A stretch of DNA of 64,000 nucleotides from Alphaproteobacteria bacterium (GCA_965220745.1 CBDCQT010000013.1:544001-608000); one strand, 5' to 3'. Counted from the first letter of the stretch, positions 47,819 through 58,051 are shown. Program-made: numbers and translations. The notes: a model not told the origin generated them from the letters alone.

Positions 47819-48610
47819 CTATTCGAGGATCAGCTCCTCGATCATCACCGGGAGTCCGGCGGTCAGCCCACCGTCGACCACCAGGTTGGCGCCATTGACG
47901 AAGCCCGCCTCGTCGGCCGCGACGAAGGCGACGGCAGCGGCGATGTCCTCCGGTTGACCGACGCGCCCGACGGGATACCAGCGGGCGAGCTGATCGAAGA
48001 TCTTCGGGTTCTTCTCGCGCCGGATGCGCCAGGTCTCGATATCCGTCTCCACCGTGCCGGGCGAGACCATGTTGGCCCGGATGCCTTTGGGTCCGTACTC
48101 CACGGCGAGCGAGCGGGTGAAGCTGAGCAGCCCGGCCTTGGCGGCGCTGTAGGCGGGGTTGCCGAGCGCCACCAGGCCGTTGACCGAGCCGATGTTGACG
48201 ATGGCGCCCGCTTCGCGCGCGACCATCCCCGGCAGCACCGTCTTGGCGCAGACGAACTGGCCGTCGAGGTCGATCTCCACTTCCGCCCGCCAGTCGGCAA
48301 GGTCGGTGCTCTCCAGATCGCCCTTGAGAGCCCAGGCCGCGTTGTTGACCAGCACGTCCGGCGCGCCGATTGCGTCACTCATCTGCGCCAATGCGGCGGC
48401 GACCGAATCGGGGTCCGTTATCTCGGCCGCGAGCGCCAGCGCACGCCCTCCCGCCGCCTCCACCTGCGCAGCTACGGTCTCCGCCGCGTCGCCCCGCCTA
48501 TCCAGAACGCCGACCGCGGCGCCCTCCTCCGCGAGCCGCATCGCAATGGCACTGCCGATGCCGCCGCCCCCGCCGGTAACCAGGGCCGCCTTCCCCTCGA
48601 AGCGCATCAT
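47819..48610 (-). CDS. SDR-family oxidoreductase
   Basis: TGGGGGIG, NNA, YSAAK, VDGG. Confidence 0.9.
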   Translation of the reverse strand: MMRFEGKAALVTGGGGGIGSAIAMRLAEEGAAVGVLDRRGDAAETVAAQVEAAGGRALALAAEITDPDSVAAALAQMSDAIGAPDVLVNNAAWALKGDLESTDLADWRAEVEIDLDGQFVCAKTVLPGMVAREAGAIVNIGSVNGLVALGNPAYSAAKAGLLSFTRSLAVEYGPKGIRANMVSPGTVETDIETWRIRREKNPKIFDQLARWYPVGRVGQPEDIAAAVAFVAADEAGFVNGANLVVDGGLTAGLPVMIEELILE

Positions 48611-49794
48611 GACGCCTCCTCCAGCACGGCGAGCGCCTCGCGCACCCGCTCAAGCCCGCTGAGCGCGACGTGGCCATAGTTGTAGAACGCGATGCCCTGC
48701 AGCCCGCCCGCCTTCAGCGCGCGCACGGCGGCGGCGGTCTCTGCCCCGTTCGCGAGGTCGGGATGGGCCGGGCGCAGGATGTAGCTGATCCGCGCGTCCG
48801 CGCCTGCCCGGCGGCGCACGTCGCCGGCGTCCAATGCGACGGCCGCCGCACTCGCCTCATAGGCCGGGACCTCCAGCGTATCCGCTGCTTCTGCGAGCAG
48901 GCGCAGATCGGTCCCTTCCGACCAGGCCGCCGCCGTCGGCCGCTGCACGGTCGGGATCACCGCGAGCGAGGTTTCCTTCGGCAGCGCCGCGCGGACCTCA
49001 GCCACCAGGTCGGCCACGAGCTGGCAGCGCCAGCTCAGGAACACCGCCCATTCCGGGTCCGCGATAAGGTCCGCGATCCACCACTCGGCGGCGAGGTGGT
49101 CGGGCACCGGCTCGGGCCGAGCAAAGAACCCGTCGAGCGCCGCGCACGCCTGCCAGCGCAGCCGCTCGGCATCGATCCCGCGCGCTTCGGCCGCGGCGAT
49201 GGTGCCCTCGGAGAAGCAGAGCCCGAGCAGCCAGCCGGCCCAGCGGTTCATCGGCAGCAGGAAGAACTCGTGGTGGAAGCCATGATCGAAGGGCAGAAAT
49301 CCGGGGGTCTCCAGCGCCAGCCCGTCGAGCTCGTAACGCTCGGCCATGTCGACGCAGAGCGTCACGACGTAGCGGCGCACCTCCTCGTAGGCCGGGCACA
49401 GGCTGTAGACGTAGGAATCGCCATAGCAGTTGCGCACCGTGAACTCAGGATGGCGCATGCCGAGCGGCGTGTTGTGCAGACACACCGTCCAGGCGACGCG
49501 TCCCATGTCCGGCGCGTCTGCTGCAAGCTCGGCAAAGACGTCGCGCTCACCCGCCAGCTTGCTCTGGATCGGCTCGATGGCGCCGTAGCGGTCCAAGCGC
49601 GGTCGCACGTAGACGGTGCCGTCTTCGGGAAAGTAGACCTTCCCCGCCGGTGAGTGGGGCCGTAGGAACTTGCCGGCATGGTAGCTCGCGGCGAGGGTGA
49701 CCGTGTTGATGCCGCAGTCGCGCATTCGGCCCGTTGCGGTGCCGATCCCCTCGTCCACCAGGTCCCAGGGGTACGTGTACATGCCCTTGTACAC
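48607..49794 (-). CDS. Conserved hypothetical protein, probable TIM-barrel (glycoside-hydrolase-like)
   Basis: YTYPWD, NTVTLAASYH, LCP, LDGLALE, GIAFYNYG; stop overlaps SDR start. Confidence 0.65.
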   Translation of the reverse strand: MYKGMYTYPWDLVDEGIGTATGRMRDCGINTVTLAASYHAGKFLRPHSPAGKVYFPEDGTVYVRPRLDRYGAIEPIQSKLAGERDVFAELAADAPDMGRVAWTVCLHNTPLGMRHPEFTVRNCYGDSYVYSLCPAYEEVRRYVVTLCVDMAERYELDGLALETPGFLPFDHGFHHEFFLLPMNRWAGWLLGLCFSEGTIAAAEARGIDAERLRWQACAALDGFFARPEPVPDHLAAEWWIADLIADPEWAVFLSWRCQLVADLVAEVRAALPKETSLAVIPTVQRPTAAAWSEGTDLRLLAEAADTLEVPAYEASAAAVALDAGDVRRRAGADARISYILRPAHPDLANGAETAAAVRALKAGGLQGIAFYNYGHVALSGLERVREALAVLEEAS

Positions 49795-49842
49795 GGACGC
49801 GCCTCCCGTACCGCGCCGGCAGTGCGACGCCCGGCGCGTGGG

Positions 49843-50400
49843 TCAGTTGAGCCGGTCGCGAACCTCCTGGATCGATTCCTCGATCATGCGGTTGGCGCGG
49901 TCTTCGTCGATCGTCTCGCTCATGAGACGGCGCGCGGCCTCGATGGCCAGCACCGCGGCGGTCTGGCGCACCTCCCGCATCGCCTCCTCCTCGGCGCGGG
50001 CGATGCGCTGCTCGGCAAGCGCGGCGCGGCGCTTCATGGTCTCCTCGAGCGCGACGCGCGCCTCGGCCGCGTGGCGCTCGGCCTCCGCCTTGGCGTGCTC
50101 GACCATCTGGCGCGCCTCTTCCTCGGCCTCCTGGCGCTTGCGCTCGTGCTCCGCCAGCAGCGCCTGGGCCTCGGCACGGAGCGCCGCCGCCTCGTCGAGC
50201 TCGTTCTTGATCCGCTCCGCCCGCTTGTCGAGGATCTCGGTCACCTTCTTGTAGGCCGCACGGCCGAAGGCGCCGAAAAAGGTGATGAAGGCGATCAGGA
50301 TCCAGAAGTTTGCCGACTCGGTGATCTGGCTGCCGACGACGACGAAGACGCAGGCGGCGACGATCACCCAGAACTCCGGCTTGCGCACCATCTTCTTCAT
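49843..50400 (-). CDS. atpF: ATP synthase F0 subunit b
   Basis: FW-containing TM, LDKRAERIKNELDEA coiled coil; operon position. Confidence 0.9.
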   Translation of the reverse strand: MKKMVRKPEFWVIVAACVFVVVGSQITESANFWILIAFITFFGAFGRAAYKKVTEILDKRAERIKNELDEAAALRAEAQALLAEHERKRQEAEEEARQMVEHAKAEAERHAAEARVALEETMKRRAALAEQRIARAEEEAMREVRQTAAVLAIEAARRLMSETIDEDRANRMIEESIQEVRDRLN

Positions 50401-50403
50401 GGC

Positions 50404-50895
50404 TCAGCGCCCCTCGCCCATGCTGGCCTCAACCGCCGCACGAGCCGCCGCCTCGGAAGGCGCGGTGCCGACCAGCCGCTCGGTCGCGGCGCGGGCCACG
50501 TCGCCCGCCACGTCGCGCAGGCTGGCGAGCGCTTGGGCGCGCGTCTCCTGGATGCGCGCCTCGGCCTCCGCCGCCCTGGCCGCGAGGTCGGCGTCGAGCT
50601 CCGTGCGCAGCGCGTCCGCCTCCGCCGAGAGCTTCGCCTGAGTCTCGGCGAGCACGCCGTGAGCCTTGGAGCGCGCCTCTGCCAGCGCCTCCTCATAGGC
50701 CTTGAGCGCGGCTTCCGCCCTACCCTTCGCGCTCTCCGCCTCGGCCAGGTCGTCGCTGATCTTCGATTCGCGCGCCTCGATGACGCGGCGGATCCGCGGC
50801 AGGCCCACGGACCACATGATCACCATGAGCGCGACGAAGGTGACGACCAGCCAGAAGATCTGGGGCGCGTAGTCCCCCATCTCGAGTTGTGGCAT
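50404..50895 (-). CDS. atpF2: ATP synthase F0 subunit b'
   Basis: MPQL...QIFWL...LPRI...R...I..DL. Confidence 0.92.
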   Translation of the reverse strand: MPQLEMGDYAPQIFWLVVTFVALMVIMWSVGLPRIRRVIEARESKISDDLAEAESAKGRAEAALKAYEEALAEARSKAHGVLAETQAKLSAEADALRTELDADLAARAAEAEARIQETRAQALASLRDVAGDVARAATERLVGTAPSEAAARAAVEASMGEGR

Positions 50896-50939
50896 CGGGC
50901 GCCTCCTGCCTCCGTCTCAGGCAGCCGGACTGCCGTCGA

Positions 50940-51179
50940 TCAGGAGCCGAACAGGATGATGAAGGCCATGACCAGCGCGAACAGCGCGATCGCTTCGGTC
51001 AGCGCGAAGCCCAGCAGCACGTTACCGAACAGCTTCGGCGCCGCCGCCGGGTTGCGTCCCGCTGCGGAGACATAGTTGCCGAAGATGATGCCGATACCGA
51101 CACCGGAGCCCGCCACACCGATCGTGGCGAGACCGCCGCCGATGAGCTGACCGAGCAGTTTCGCTGCATCTGCTTCCAT
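50940..51179 (-). CDS. atpE: ATP synthase F0 subunit c
   Basis: GxGxGxG, RNP, LTEA. Confidence 0.95.
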   Translation of the reverse strand: MEADAAKLLGQLIGGGLATIGVAGSGVGIGIIFGNYVSAAGRNPAAAPKLFGNVLLGFALTEAIALFALVMAFIILFGS

Positions 51180-51236
51180 GATCCTGGTTCCCTCGGTTTG
51201 TTCGGAGTTTGTGGCTTGCGACCCGCGTCTCGCCGC

Positions 51237-52007
51237 TTAGTGATGCAACTCGATCGCGTCGCGGATGTAGAGGCAGGTCAGAATGGTGAAGACGTAGGCC
51301 TGGAGCACGGCGACCAGCAATTCCAGCCCGTAGAGCGCGACGATGAACGCGAAGGGCAGGACGCCGGCGAAGCTCAGGACGAAGACGAAGGCGCCGAACA
51401 CGTGCAGGATCGAGTGTCCCGCCATCATGTTGGCGAAGAGCCGCACGGAGAGGCTGATCGGCCGCGCCATGTAGGAGACGACTTCGATCGGCACCAGCAG
51501 CGGCGCCATCCACATCGGCACGCCGGGCGGCAGGAAGAAGGTCAGGAAGCGGTGCTTGTGGATGACGATGGCGAGGATCGTCACACCGACGAAGACCACC
51601 AGCGCGAACGCGAGCGTCACGATGATGTGGCTGGTGAAGGTGAAGGAATAGGGAATCAGCCCGAGCACGTTGCCGAGCAGCAGGAACATGAACAGGCTGA
51701 ACACGAACGGGAAGAACTTCTGCGCGCCGCGGCCGCCCACGATGTCGCCCAGCATTCGGGCGATCATCTCGTAGCTCATCTCCACAATGGACTGCACCCG
51801 CCCCGGCACCAGCCGCCCGCGGCCCATGCCCACCGTGGTGAGCAGCGTGATGATGATCACGGTCACGCACATCATCAGCGCTGAGTTGGTGAACGACGCG
51901 TCGAAGCCGCCGAGGTCGATCTCGACGTAGCGGTTGATCGCGAATTGATCGAGCGGGCCGTGATGCGCGTCGCCGTTATGTCCGGCGCCGTTATCCGTCG
52001 TTGCCAC
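51237..52007 (-). CDS. atpB: ATP synthase F0 subunit a
   Basis: SFTNS, RPISLSVRLFANMMAGH, LQAYVF. Confidence 0.95.
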   Translation of the reverse strand: MATTDNGAGHNGDAHHGPLDQFAINRYVEIDLGGFDASFTNSALMMCVTVIIITLLTTVGMGRGRLVPGRVQSIVEMSYEMIARMLGDIVGGRGAQKFFPFVFSLFMFLLLGNVLGLIPYSFTFTSHIIVTLAFALVVFVGVTILAIVIHKHRFLTFFLPPGVPMWMAPLLVPIEVVSYMARPISLSVRLFANMMAGHSILHVFGAFVFVLSFAGVLPFAFIVALYGLELLVAVLQAYVFTILTCLYIRDAIELHH

Positions 52008-52015
52008 TGGCCGTC

Positions 52016-52366
52016 CTACCCCTGGCTTCGCCCGTCCCGTTCATCACCCCGCTCCCCCGCGCTTTCGCGGGACAACGGCGTGGCCCCCATTCTCTGTGCC
52101 GCCCGAAACGCGTTCAGGATGCCGGCCGCGATCCCCACAAAGATGAAGACCACGAACAGCCACGGCCTTGTACCGAGCCATTCGTCGAGCAGCCAGCCGA
52201 TGCCGCCGCCGACGGCCAGCGCGGCCGCCATCTCGATCGCGAGGTGCAGCGCTTGCCCAAGACGCGTGCCGGGCAACCGGCCACGATTGCCCGACTCGTT
52301 TCCGCCTCGGGCTTTGCGCAGCCGGGAGTCCAGATCCTCCAGGGATGGCCGTGGTTTGTCGTCCAT
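52016..52366 (-). CDS. atpI: AtpZ/AtpI family protein
   Basis: GIGWLLDEWLGTRPW...GILN; first gene of F0 operon. Confidence 0.88.
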   Translation of the reverse strand: MDDKPRPSLEDLDSRLRKARGGNESGNRGRLPGTRLGQALHLAIEMAAALAVGGGIGWLLDEWLGTRPWLFVVFIFVGIAAGILNAFRAAQRMGATPLSRESAGERGDERDGRSQG

Positions 52367-52419
52367 GCAAACCCGCTCGGCCAGGGCGCGCGCGTGCCCC
52401 GCAGTCGAAAAGCGCCCGC

Positions 52420-52448
52420 ACCATAGGGACTGCCCTGCCCCCTGTCAA
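52420..52448 (-). promoter_or_regulatory. Sigma70 promoter of atp F0 operon
   Basis: Minus strand TTGACA-N17-TATGGT. Confidence 0.75.
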
Positions 52449-52530
52449 GCCGAGGAAACGACGCCGACAGGCGCCTTAGAGGTCTGAAATAACTTAGGAA
52501 TTTGCGACGCCAGAAATTGCGTGTGGGCGC

Positions 52531-55500
52531 TCAGGCGGTCTCGCGCAATTGCACGGCGCGCTCCAGATCGACCGAGACGAGTTCCGAGACCCCCTGCTCC
52601 ACCATGGTGACGCCGAACAGCCGGTCGACACGAGCCATGGTGATGCGATGGTGGGTAACGACGATGAAGCGCGTGTCGGTCTCCTCCGCCAGCCGCGTGA
52701 TGAGCGTGCAGAAGCGCTCCACGTTGCTGTCGTCGAGCGGCGCGTCCACCTCGTCAAGGACGCAGATCGGCGCAGGGTTGGTGAGGAACGCGGCGAAGAG
52801 CAGCGCGATGGCAGTCAACGCCTTCTCGCCGCCGGAGAGCAGCGAGAGCGATTGCGGTCGCTTGCCGGGCGGGCTCGCCACGATCTCCAGCCCGGCCTCT
52901 AGGGGATCGTCCGAATCGACTAGCGCGAGATGCGCCTTGCCGCCGGCGAAGAGCTCCGTGAAGAGCTTGCGGAAGTGCCCGTCGATCGCTTCGAACGCCG
53001 CCCGCATCCGCTCCCGCCCCTCGCGGTTGAGGCCGGCGATGCCCCGGCGCAGGCGCCCGATCGCCTCCAGCAGGTCGGCGCGGGAGTCCTGCATCTCCCG
53101 AATGCGCACGTCGAGCTCGCTCGCCTCCTCCTCCGCCCGCAGGTTGACGGCGCCGATGTTCTCGCGCTCGCGCATGAGCCGCTGCAGCTTGATCTCCACG
53201 GCTTCGGCATCGGGAAGCTCGGCAGCGGGATCGATCCCGGCGATCTCCTGCGCCTGTTCCGGCCCGACGCCGAGGCGCTCCGTGATCTGGGCGCCGGCGA
53301 CCGTCTCCGCTTGCCCGGCCTCGGTCATGAGGCCGTCCAGCCGGGCCGCTGCCTCGCGCGCCTCGCCCAGGGTCGCTTCGGCCTGCTTGAGCGCGCTTGC
53401 GGTCTCCTTCGCCTCGTTCTCGGCGCTCGTCAGGGCATCGACGGCAGCACGGTGCTCGCCCTGCGCCTGCTCGATCGTGCCCAGAAGCCCCGCGCGCCGT
53501 GCCTCGAGCTCGGCCGGTCGGGCGTCGAGCGCCGCTTGCTCGGATTGGGCCTCGTCAAGACGGTCGGCGAGCTCGCCGAGTCGCTTCCGCGCGCTGTCTG
53601 CGCGCGCCGCCCAACCCTCGCTTTCCCGCACCAGCTCGGCGATCCGGGCACCGCGTCCGTCCGCCGCTTGCGCCACCTTGTGGTGGTGCTGCGCCGCCTC
53701 CTCGTGGCGCGCGCGCAGTCCCACGAGAGCGGCGCGCAGCCGCTCGCTCTCGTCCTCGCCCTCGGCACCCTCTGCGGGAAGCGCGTCAAGCACAGCACGG
53801 GCTGCGCGCTCCGCCTCTCTGGTCTCGGTGATCTCGTGTTCGAGCCGCGCCGCGGTTTCATCAAGTGCGGCGAGACGCGAGCGCGTGGCCGTAGCCTCGG
53901 CCGAGGCCGTCGCGCGCACCTCCCGAGCCGCCCGCAAGGCCTCTGCCGCGTCATCGGCACGTGAGCGGGCACGCTGGCACGCTAATTCGGCGTCTTCCCT
54001 GGCCGCGGCCGCCGCCGTGACCGCGTTCTCCGCCGTGCGCTTGTCGCCTTCCGCCTGAGCGCAGGTCTCCGCCAGCACGGCCAGCCGGTTGCGCGCCTCC
54101 AGCCGACGGGCGGCGGCCGTCGGCGCCTCGGCGGCGACCGAGAAGCCATCCCAGCGCCAGAGCGAGCCTTCCCGGCTCACCAGGCGCTGGCCAGTGCGAA
54201 GCTCCGCCTGCAAGCGGGCTCCGTCCGCCTCCGCCACCACCCCGATCTGTGCGAGCCGAGCGGCCAGCGCTTCGGGGGCGCGAACCGCTTCCGCCAGCGG
54301 CGCAGTGCCTTCAGGCAGCGGTTGGGCATCGTCCGCATGCGCCAGTCTTCGCCAATGGACCGGTGCGTCGGTGTCCGTGCTGGCCTGGAGGTCGTCACCC
54401 AGCGCGGCGCCCACGGCCGCCTCGAAGCCGGGCTTGACCGTAACCCGATCCCAGAGCGCCCGGCCGGGGCCGGCGGCCGGGTCGTCGAGCAGCGCGGTAA
54501 GGGCCGCACGCTCGGCCTCGCCGCCTGCAAGCGCTGCGTCCGCCTCGCGCAGCTTCTCGCGCAGCGCACGTTCGCGGTCTACGGCCTCCGCCCGCGCCGT
54601 CTCCGCCTCCTGCAGCGCGGTGCGCGCCGCCTCGAAGCTCTCGCTCCGGACACGTTCTTCTGCCTCGGCTTCCGACAACCGCCCATCGGCGGGCGCATCC
54701 CGCTCCAGCGCGGCGCGCTCCTCTCGCGCCCGCGCAAGCTCTTGCTCAAGCCGAGAACGTCGGGTTCGCGCTTCCTCGATCCTCCTGCCAAGCGCCTCGC
54801 GCTCCGCCTCGGCCCTGGCCTGTGTCTGGGCAAGCGCCGCAAGGCGTTGCTCCACCGCCTCGACCTCGGCGCGTGCCTCCTCCCGCGCACTGCGCGCCGC
54901 CGCCTCGGCCGCGGCATCGCCCTCGGCCGCACGGGCGAGCCTCTCGCGGATCTCGTCGACGCGCTCCTGCGCCGTCTCCGCATCCCGCGCGAGGGCTTCT
55001 TCGCGTTCGACATCGGCGGCGATCTGGGAACGCTTGCGCGCATTCTCCTCACGGGCGCGCGCGACGCGCTCCTCCTCCTCGGCCAGCCGTTCATGCTCGA
55101 TGCGCAACCGATGCAGGGCCGCGGCGCGCTCCGCTTCCTGCTGGCGGCGCTCGGGTAGAACCGTCTCGGCGTCCGCCTGCCGGCGCGCAGCCTGGGCAGC
55201 GGCCTCCGTCGCCTCGGCCACCCGGCGAGCGGCGTCATCGGCTTGGCGCGTCACCTCCTCGACACGGGCTCGGGCCGCCATCCAGCGCACCAGAAGCAGC
55301 GCCGCCTCGGTCTCGCGAATCCTCTCGGAGAGACGCTTGTAGCGCTTGGCGTGGCGTGCCTGGCGTTCGAGATCGCGCAGTTGAGTCTCCAAAGTGCCGA
55401 TCACGTCTTGGAGACGCTCCAGGTTGGATTCCGCCGCCCGGAGCTTGAGTTCTGCTTCATGCCGCCTGGCGTGCAGGCCGGTGATTCCGGCCGCCTCTTC

Positions 55501-55992
55501 GAGCAAGGCGCGGCGCTGGGCCGGCTTCGCGCCGATGATGTCGCCGATGCGCCCCTGCCCCACCAGTGCAGCGCTGTGCGCGCCGGTGGCGGCGTCGGCA
55601 AACAGGAGCTGCAAGTCGCGAGCACGGACCTCGTTGCCGTTCACGGTATAGGTCGAGCCCTCGCCGCGCTCGATGAGGCGGGTCACCTCGATCTCGGCGG
55701 CGTCGCTCAATTCGCGCGGCGCCGTCCCGTCCGAGTTGTCGAGGCCGAGCGTGACCCCGGCGATATCATGCGCCGGGCGGCGGGTGGTGCCGCCGAAGAT
55801 CACGTCCTCCATGCCGCCGCCGCGCATCTGGCGGGGCGCGGTCTCACCCATGACCCAGCGCATCGCCTCGACGAGATTCGACTTGCCGCAGCCGTTGGGG
55901 CCGACGATTCCGGTGAGCCCCGGCTCGATGTGCAGCTCTGTCGGCTCGACGAAGGACTTGAAGCCCGCGACCCTGAGCTTCGTTACCTGCAC
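52531..55992 (-). CDS. smc: Chromosome segregation protein SMC
   Basis: GFKSF, GPNGCGKSN, long coiled coils, LSGGE, LDEVDAPLD. Confidence 0.96.
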   Translation of the reverse strand: MQVTKLRVAGFKSFVEPTELHIEPGLTGIVGPNGCGKSNLVEAMRWVMGETAPRQMRGGGMEDVIFGGTTRRPAHDIAGVTLGLDNSDGTAPRELSDAAEIEVTRLIERGEGSTYTVNGNEVRARDLQLLFADAATGAHSAALVGQGRIGDIIGAKPAQRRALLEEAAGITGLHARRHEAELKLRAAESNLERLQDVIGTLETQLRDLERQARHAKRYKRLSERIRETEAALLLVRWMAARARVEEVTRQADDAARRVAEATEAAAQAARRQADAETVLPERRQQEAERAAALHRLRIEHERLAEEEERVARAREENARKRSQIAADVEREEALARDAETAQERVDEIRERLARAAEGDAAAEAAARSAREEARAEVEAVEQRLAALAQTQARAEAEREALGRRIEEARTRRSRLEQELARAREERAALERDAPADGRLSEAEAEERVRSESFEAARTALQEAETARAEAVDRERALREKLREADAALAGGEAERAALTALLDDPAAGPGRALWDRVTVKPGFEAAVGAALGDDLQASTDTDAPVHWRRLAHADDAQPLPEGTAPLAEAVRAPEALAARLAQIGVVAEADGARLQAELRTGQRLVSREGSLWRWDGFSVAAEAPTAAARRLEARNRLAVLAETCAQAEGDKRTAENAVTAAAAAREDAELACQRARSRADDAAEALRAAREVRATASAEATATRSRLAALDETAARLEHEITETREAERAARAVLDALPAEGAEGEDESERLRAALVGLRARHEEAAQHHHKVAQAADGRGARIAELVRESEGWAARADSARKRLGELADRLDEAQSEQAALDARPAELEARRAGLLGTIEQAQGEHRAAVDALTSAENEAKETASALKQAEATLGEAREAAARLDGLMTEAGQAETVAGAQITERLGVGPEQAQEIAGIDPAAELPDAEAVEIKLQRLMRERENIGAVNLRAEEEASELDVRIREMQDSRADLLEAIGRLRRGIAGLNREGRERMRAAFEAIDGHFRKLFTELFAGGKAHLALVDSDDPLEAGLEIVASPPGKRPQSLSLLSGGEKALTAIALLFAAFLTNPAPICVLDEVDAPLDDSNVERFCTLITRLAEETDTRFIVVTHHRITMARVDRLFGVTMVEQGVSELVSVDLERAVQLRETA

Positions 55993-56007
55993 GGCCGTGC
56001 GCTCCGT

Positions 56008-56628
56008 CTACGACCCCGCGAGGAGACGGTCGATGTGCCTGGAAAGCGCATCGAAGGTCATCTTGCCGTCGTATTTCTCGCCGTTGACGACCAGTGTCGG
56101 TGTCCCGCTCACGTCGTATTCGGCCTGGCCGTCCACTATCGACTGGAAAATCGTGTTCTCGAGTGCCTTGTCGTTTAGGCACTCCTCGAACTGGTCCCGG
56201 CTCACGCCGCCCAGCTCGCCGATCTGCGCGAGCATGTCCGTGTAGTCGCGCGAACTTGCCCAGTCGTCGAAGGTCTGGAACAGCACGTCGATGAAGGTGA
56301 AGTAGCGGTCCCGGCCGGCGCAGTGGGCGAGCACTGCCGCCTCAACGGCCGGCATGTTGAGCGGAAAGTCGCGGGCCACGAAGCGCACCTTGCCGGTGTC
56401 TACGTACTCCGGCTTCAGCCGGTTGTAGACATTCTTGTGGAACCGCAAGCAACTGGGGCAGGTGAGTGAGAGAAACTCGATCACGGTGACCGGCGCGTCG
56501 GGGTCGCCGACCGCCATGTCGCCGGGCCTCTCGCCGATGCCGGCGGCGCGGCCGGGCGCGACCGGCGCCAGCACCGCAGCGGCCGGAATCGCCGCCATCG
56601 CCCCAACCAGGAACCGTCGGGAAATCAT
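56008..56628 (-). CDS. DsbA-family thiol-disulfide oxidoreductase
   Basis: SRRFL signal, GDPDAPVTVIE, CPSC, RDFPL, GTPT. Confidence 0.9.
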   Translation of the reverse strand: MISRRFLVGAMAAIPAAAVLAPVAPGRAAGIGERPGDMAVGDPDAPVTVIEFLSLTCPSCLRFHKNVYNRLKPEYVDTGKVRFVARDFPLNMPAVEAAVLAHCAGRDRYFTFIDVLFQTFDDWASSRDYTDMLAQIGELGGVSRDQFEECLNDKALENTIFQSIVDGQAEYDVSGTPTLVVNGEKYDGKMTFDALSRHIDRLLAGS

Positions 56629-56638
56629 AACATTATCC

Positions 56639-57382
56639 TCATCCGTTGATGTCGCATCCGAGGAAGGTGCGCCCCTTCTGCCTGCACGCCTCCATGACCG
56701 AGAACGAGCCGGCCGCTGGGTCGATGACCACGTCACCCGGATTGCTGACGGCCTCGATCAAGGCGCTCTGGAGCCCCACTGGCTTCGGGTGGACGCGATC
56801 GCGCTTGCCGATGGCCTCGCTCCACACATCCGGGATGGTGTGGACCTTCCACACGCCCTTGGCCTTGCGCGGCGCCTTCTGGAGCACGATCAGGTGCTCA
56901 CTCGCGCGCCTGGTGCGGTAGCCCATGCCGATCCGCTTCTTGTGCCACGTGACCATGTCCACGATTTCGAGGGACGTGCCCTCAAGCCAGTCGCCGATCC
57001 CGGTGCAAAGGTGATACTTGTCCGTCCACAGAAAGAGATGGCCGCTTGGCATCAGGCAGCGGTCGATCTCGCGGATGAATTGCGGGATTTCGTCGGTCAT
57101 CTGCGGCAGGGAGGCGCGGGCGGCGCCCCGGCGCACACCCTCGTTGCCGTAGGCGAGATAATCCAGCACGCCGCGATACTGCGGATCCAGGAACGCGACG
57201 GGAACGGCGCCGGAGGGCAGCAAGTTGAGGAACCGCAGCCCTTCCATCTCCAGCCGGCAGTCGAAGGCGAGGCCCGGCGGCAACGCCAATGGCGGCTGAT
57301 CTACCTGCCGCACGGACGAGAACACCGAGACGCTTTCCGTGCTCGGCGGCTCTTCCAGCGGCGTAGAGACGTCGTTCACCAT
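56639..57382 (-). CDS. Solo N4/N6 DNA methyltransferase (beta-type motif order)
   Basis: FLDPQY (motif IV), HPKP, VIDPAAGS (motif I variant), FLGCD. Confidence 0.85.
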   Translation of the reverse strand: MVNDVSTPLEEPPSTESVSVFSSVRQVDQPPLALPPGLAFDCRLEMEGLRFLNLLPSGAVPVAFLDPQYRGVLDYLAYGNEGVRRGAARASLPQMTDEIPQFIREIDRCLMPSGHLFLWTDKYHLCTGIGDWLEGTSLEIVDMVTWHKKRIGMGYRTRRASEHLIVLQKAPRKAKGVWKVHTIPDVWSEAIGKRDRVHPKPVGLQSALIEAVSNPGDVVIDPAAGSFSVMEACRQKGRTFLGCDING

Positions 57383-57508
57383 TCGCGCCGGACTGTACGC
57401 CCGCCCGCGTCAAATTGTATAGCTTTCAACACGGAAGGCCGCCGCGCCACCCAAGCACCCGGCTGCGCCCTGCGGTTTCAATCGCAATACTTGCGTATTA
57501 TCAACAGC

Positions 57509-57976
57509 TTACTTTCTTTGCGAGCGGGCGGCGACCGCCCGACCCAGAGCCGCGAGAGCCGACTTCAGACGGTGGTCCCGGGTAGAATCGACGGCAGTTT
57601 CGACACGCGCTGCCGACTCCGAGTCGATTTTCGGCGCGGTCCGGCGCTCCGAAACCCGCGCTGGCTGTGGCGACGGCGCGCGGTTTACATAGGCGATCCG
57701 CGTCACCGCGCGGTAGCCGTAGAAGGCGGCGATCCGCTCCAGAATTTGGGGTTCGAGATGCTGAAGCTCGACCGCGACCGGCCCGGAGACGCAGACCCTG
57801 AGCGTGCCATCCCGCCCAAGACGCTCGGGCCACGAGGAGGCGGCCACAGCCTCGCCCACGATTGCCGGCCACTCGGTGGCGATCCCCGCCGCGACCAGCC
57901 CGCGCGACTCAAAGGACTTGGCGGTGATCTTACCGATCAGCGAGGCGAGCGGCTGCGCCTGGCGGGGTTTGCGCAT
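57509..57976 (-). CDS. DUF721/DciA family protein
   Basis: WPAIVG, GTL, ELQH...ILERI...G; divergent from mutY as in alphaproteobacteria. Confidence 0.85.
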   Translation of the reverse strand: MRKPRQAQPLASLIGKITAKSFESRGLVAAGIATEWPAIVGEAVAASSWPERLGRDGTLRVCVSGPVAVELQHLEPQILERIAAFYGYRAVTRIAYVNRAPSPQPARVSERRTAPKIDSESAARVETAVDSTRDHRLKSALAALGRAVAARSQRK

Positions 57977-58051
57977 GGCTGAGGCCGGGTGTCGCAGGGT
58001 TCAGACCATGGGTGTACGCCCTCCGGCGCCGGCTGTGAAGCACCGCGGTCC

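Noticed and set aside
3919-57382. HNH nuclease and MTase as one restriction-modification system
   Set aside because: 52 kb apart with different composition; no evidence of linkage
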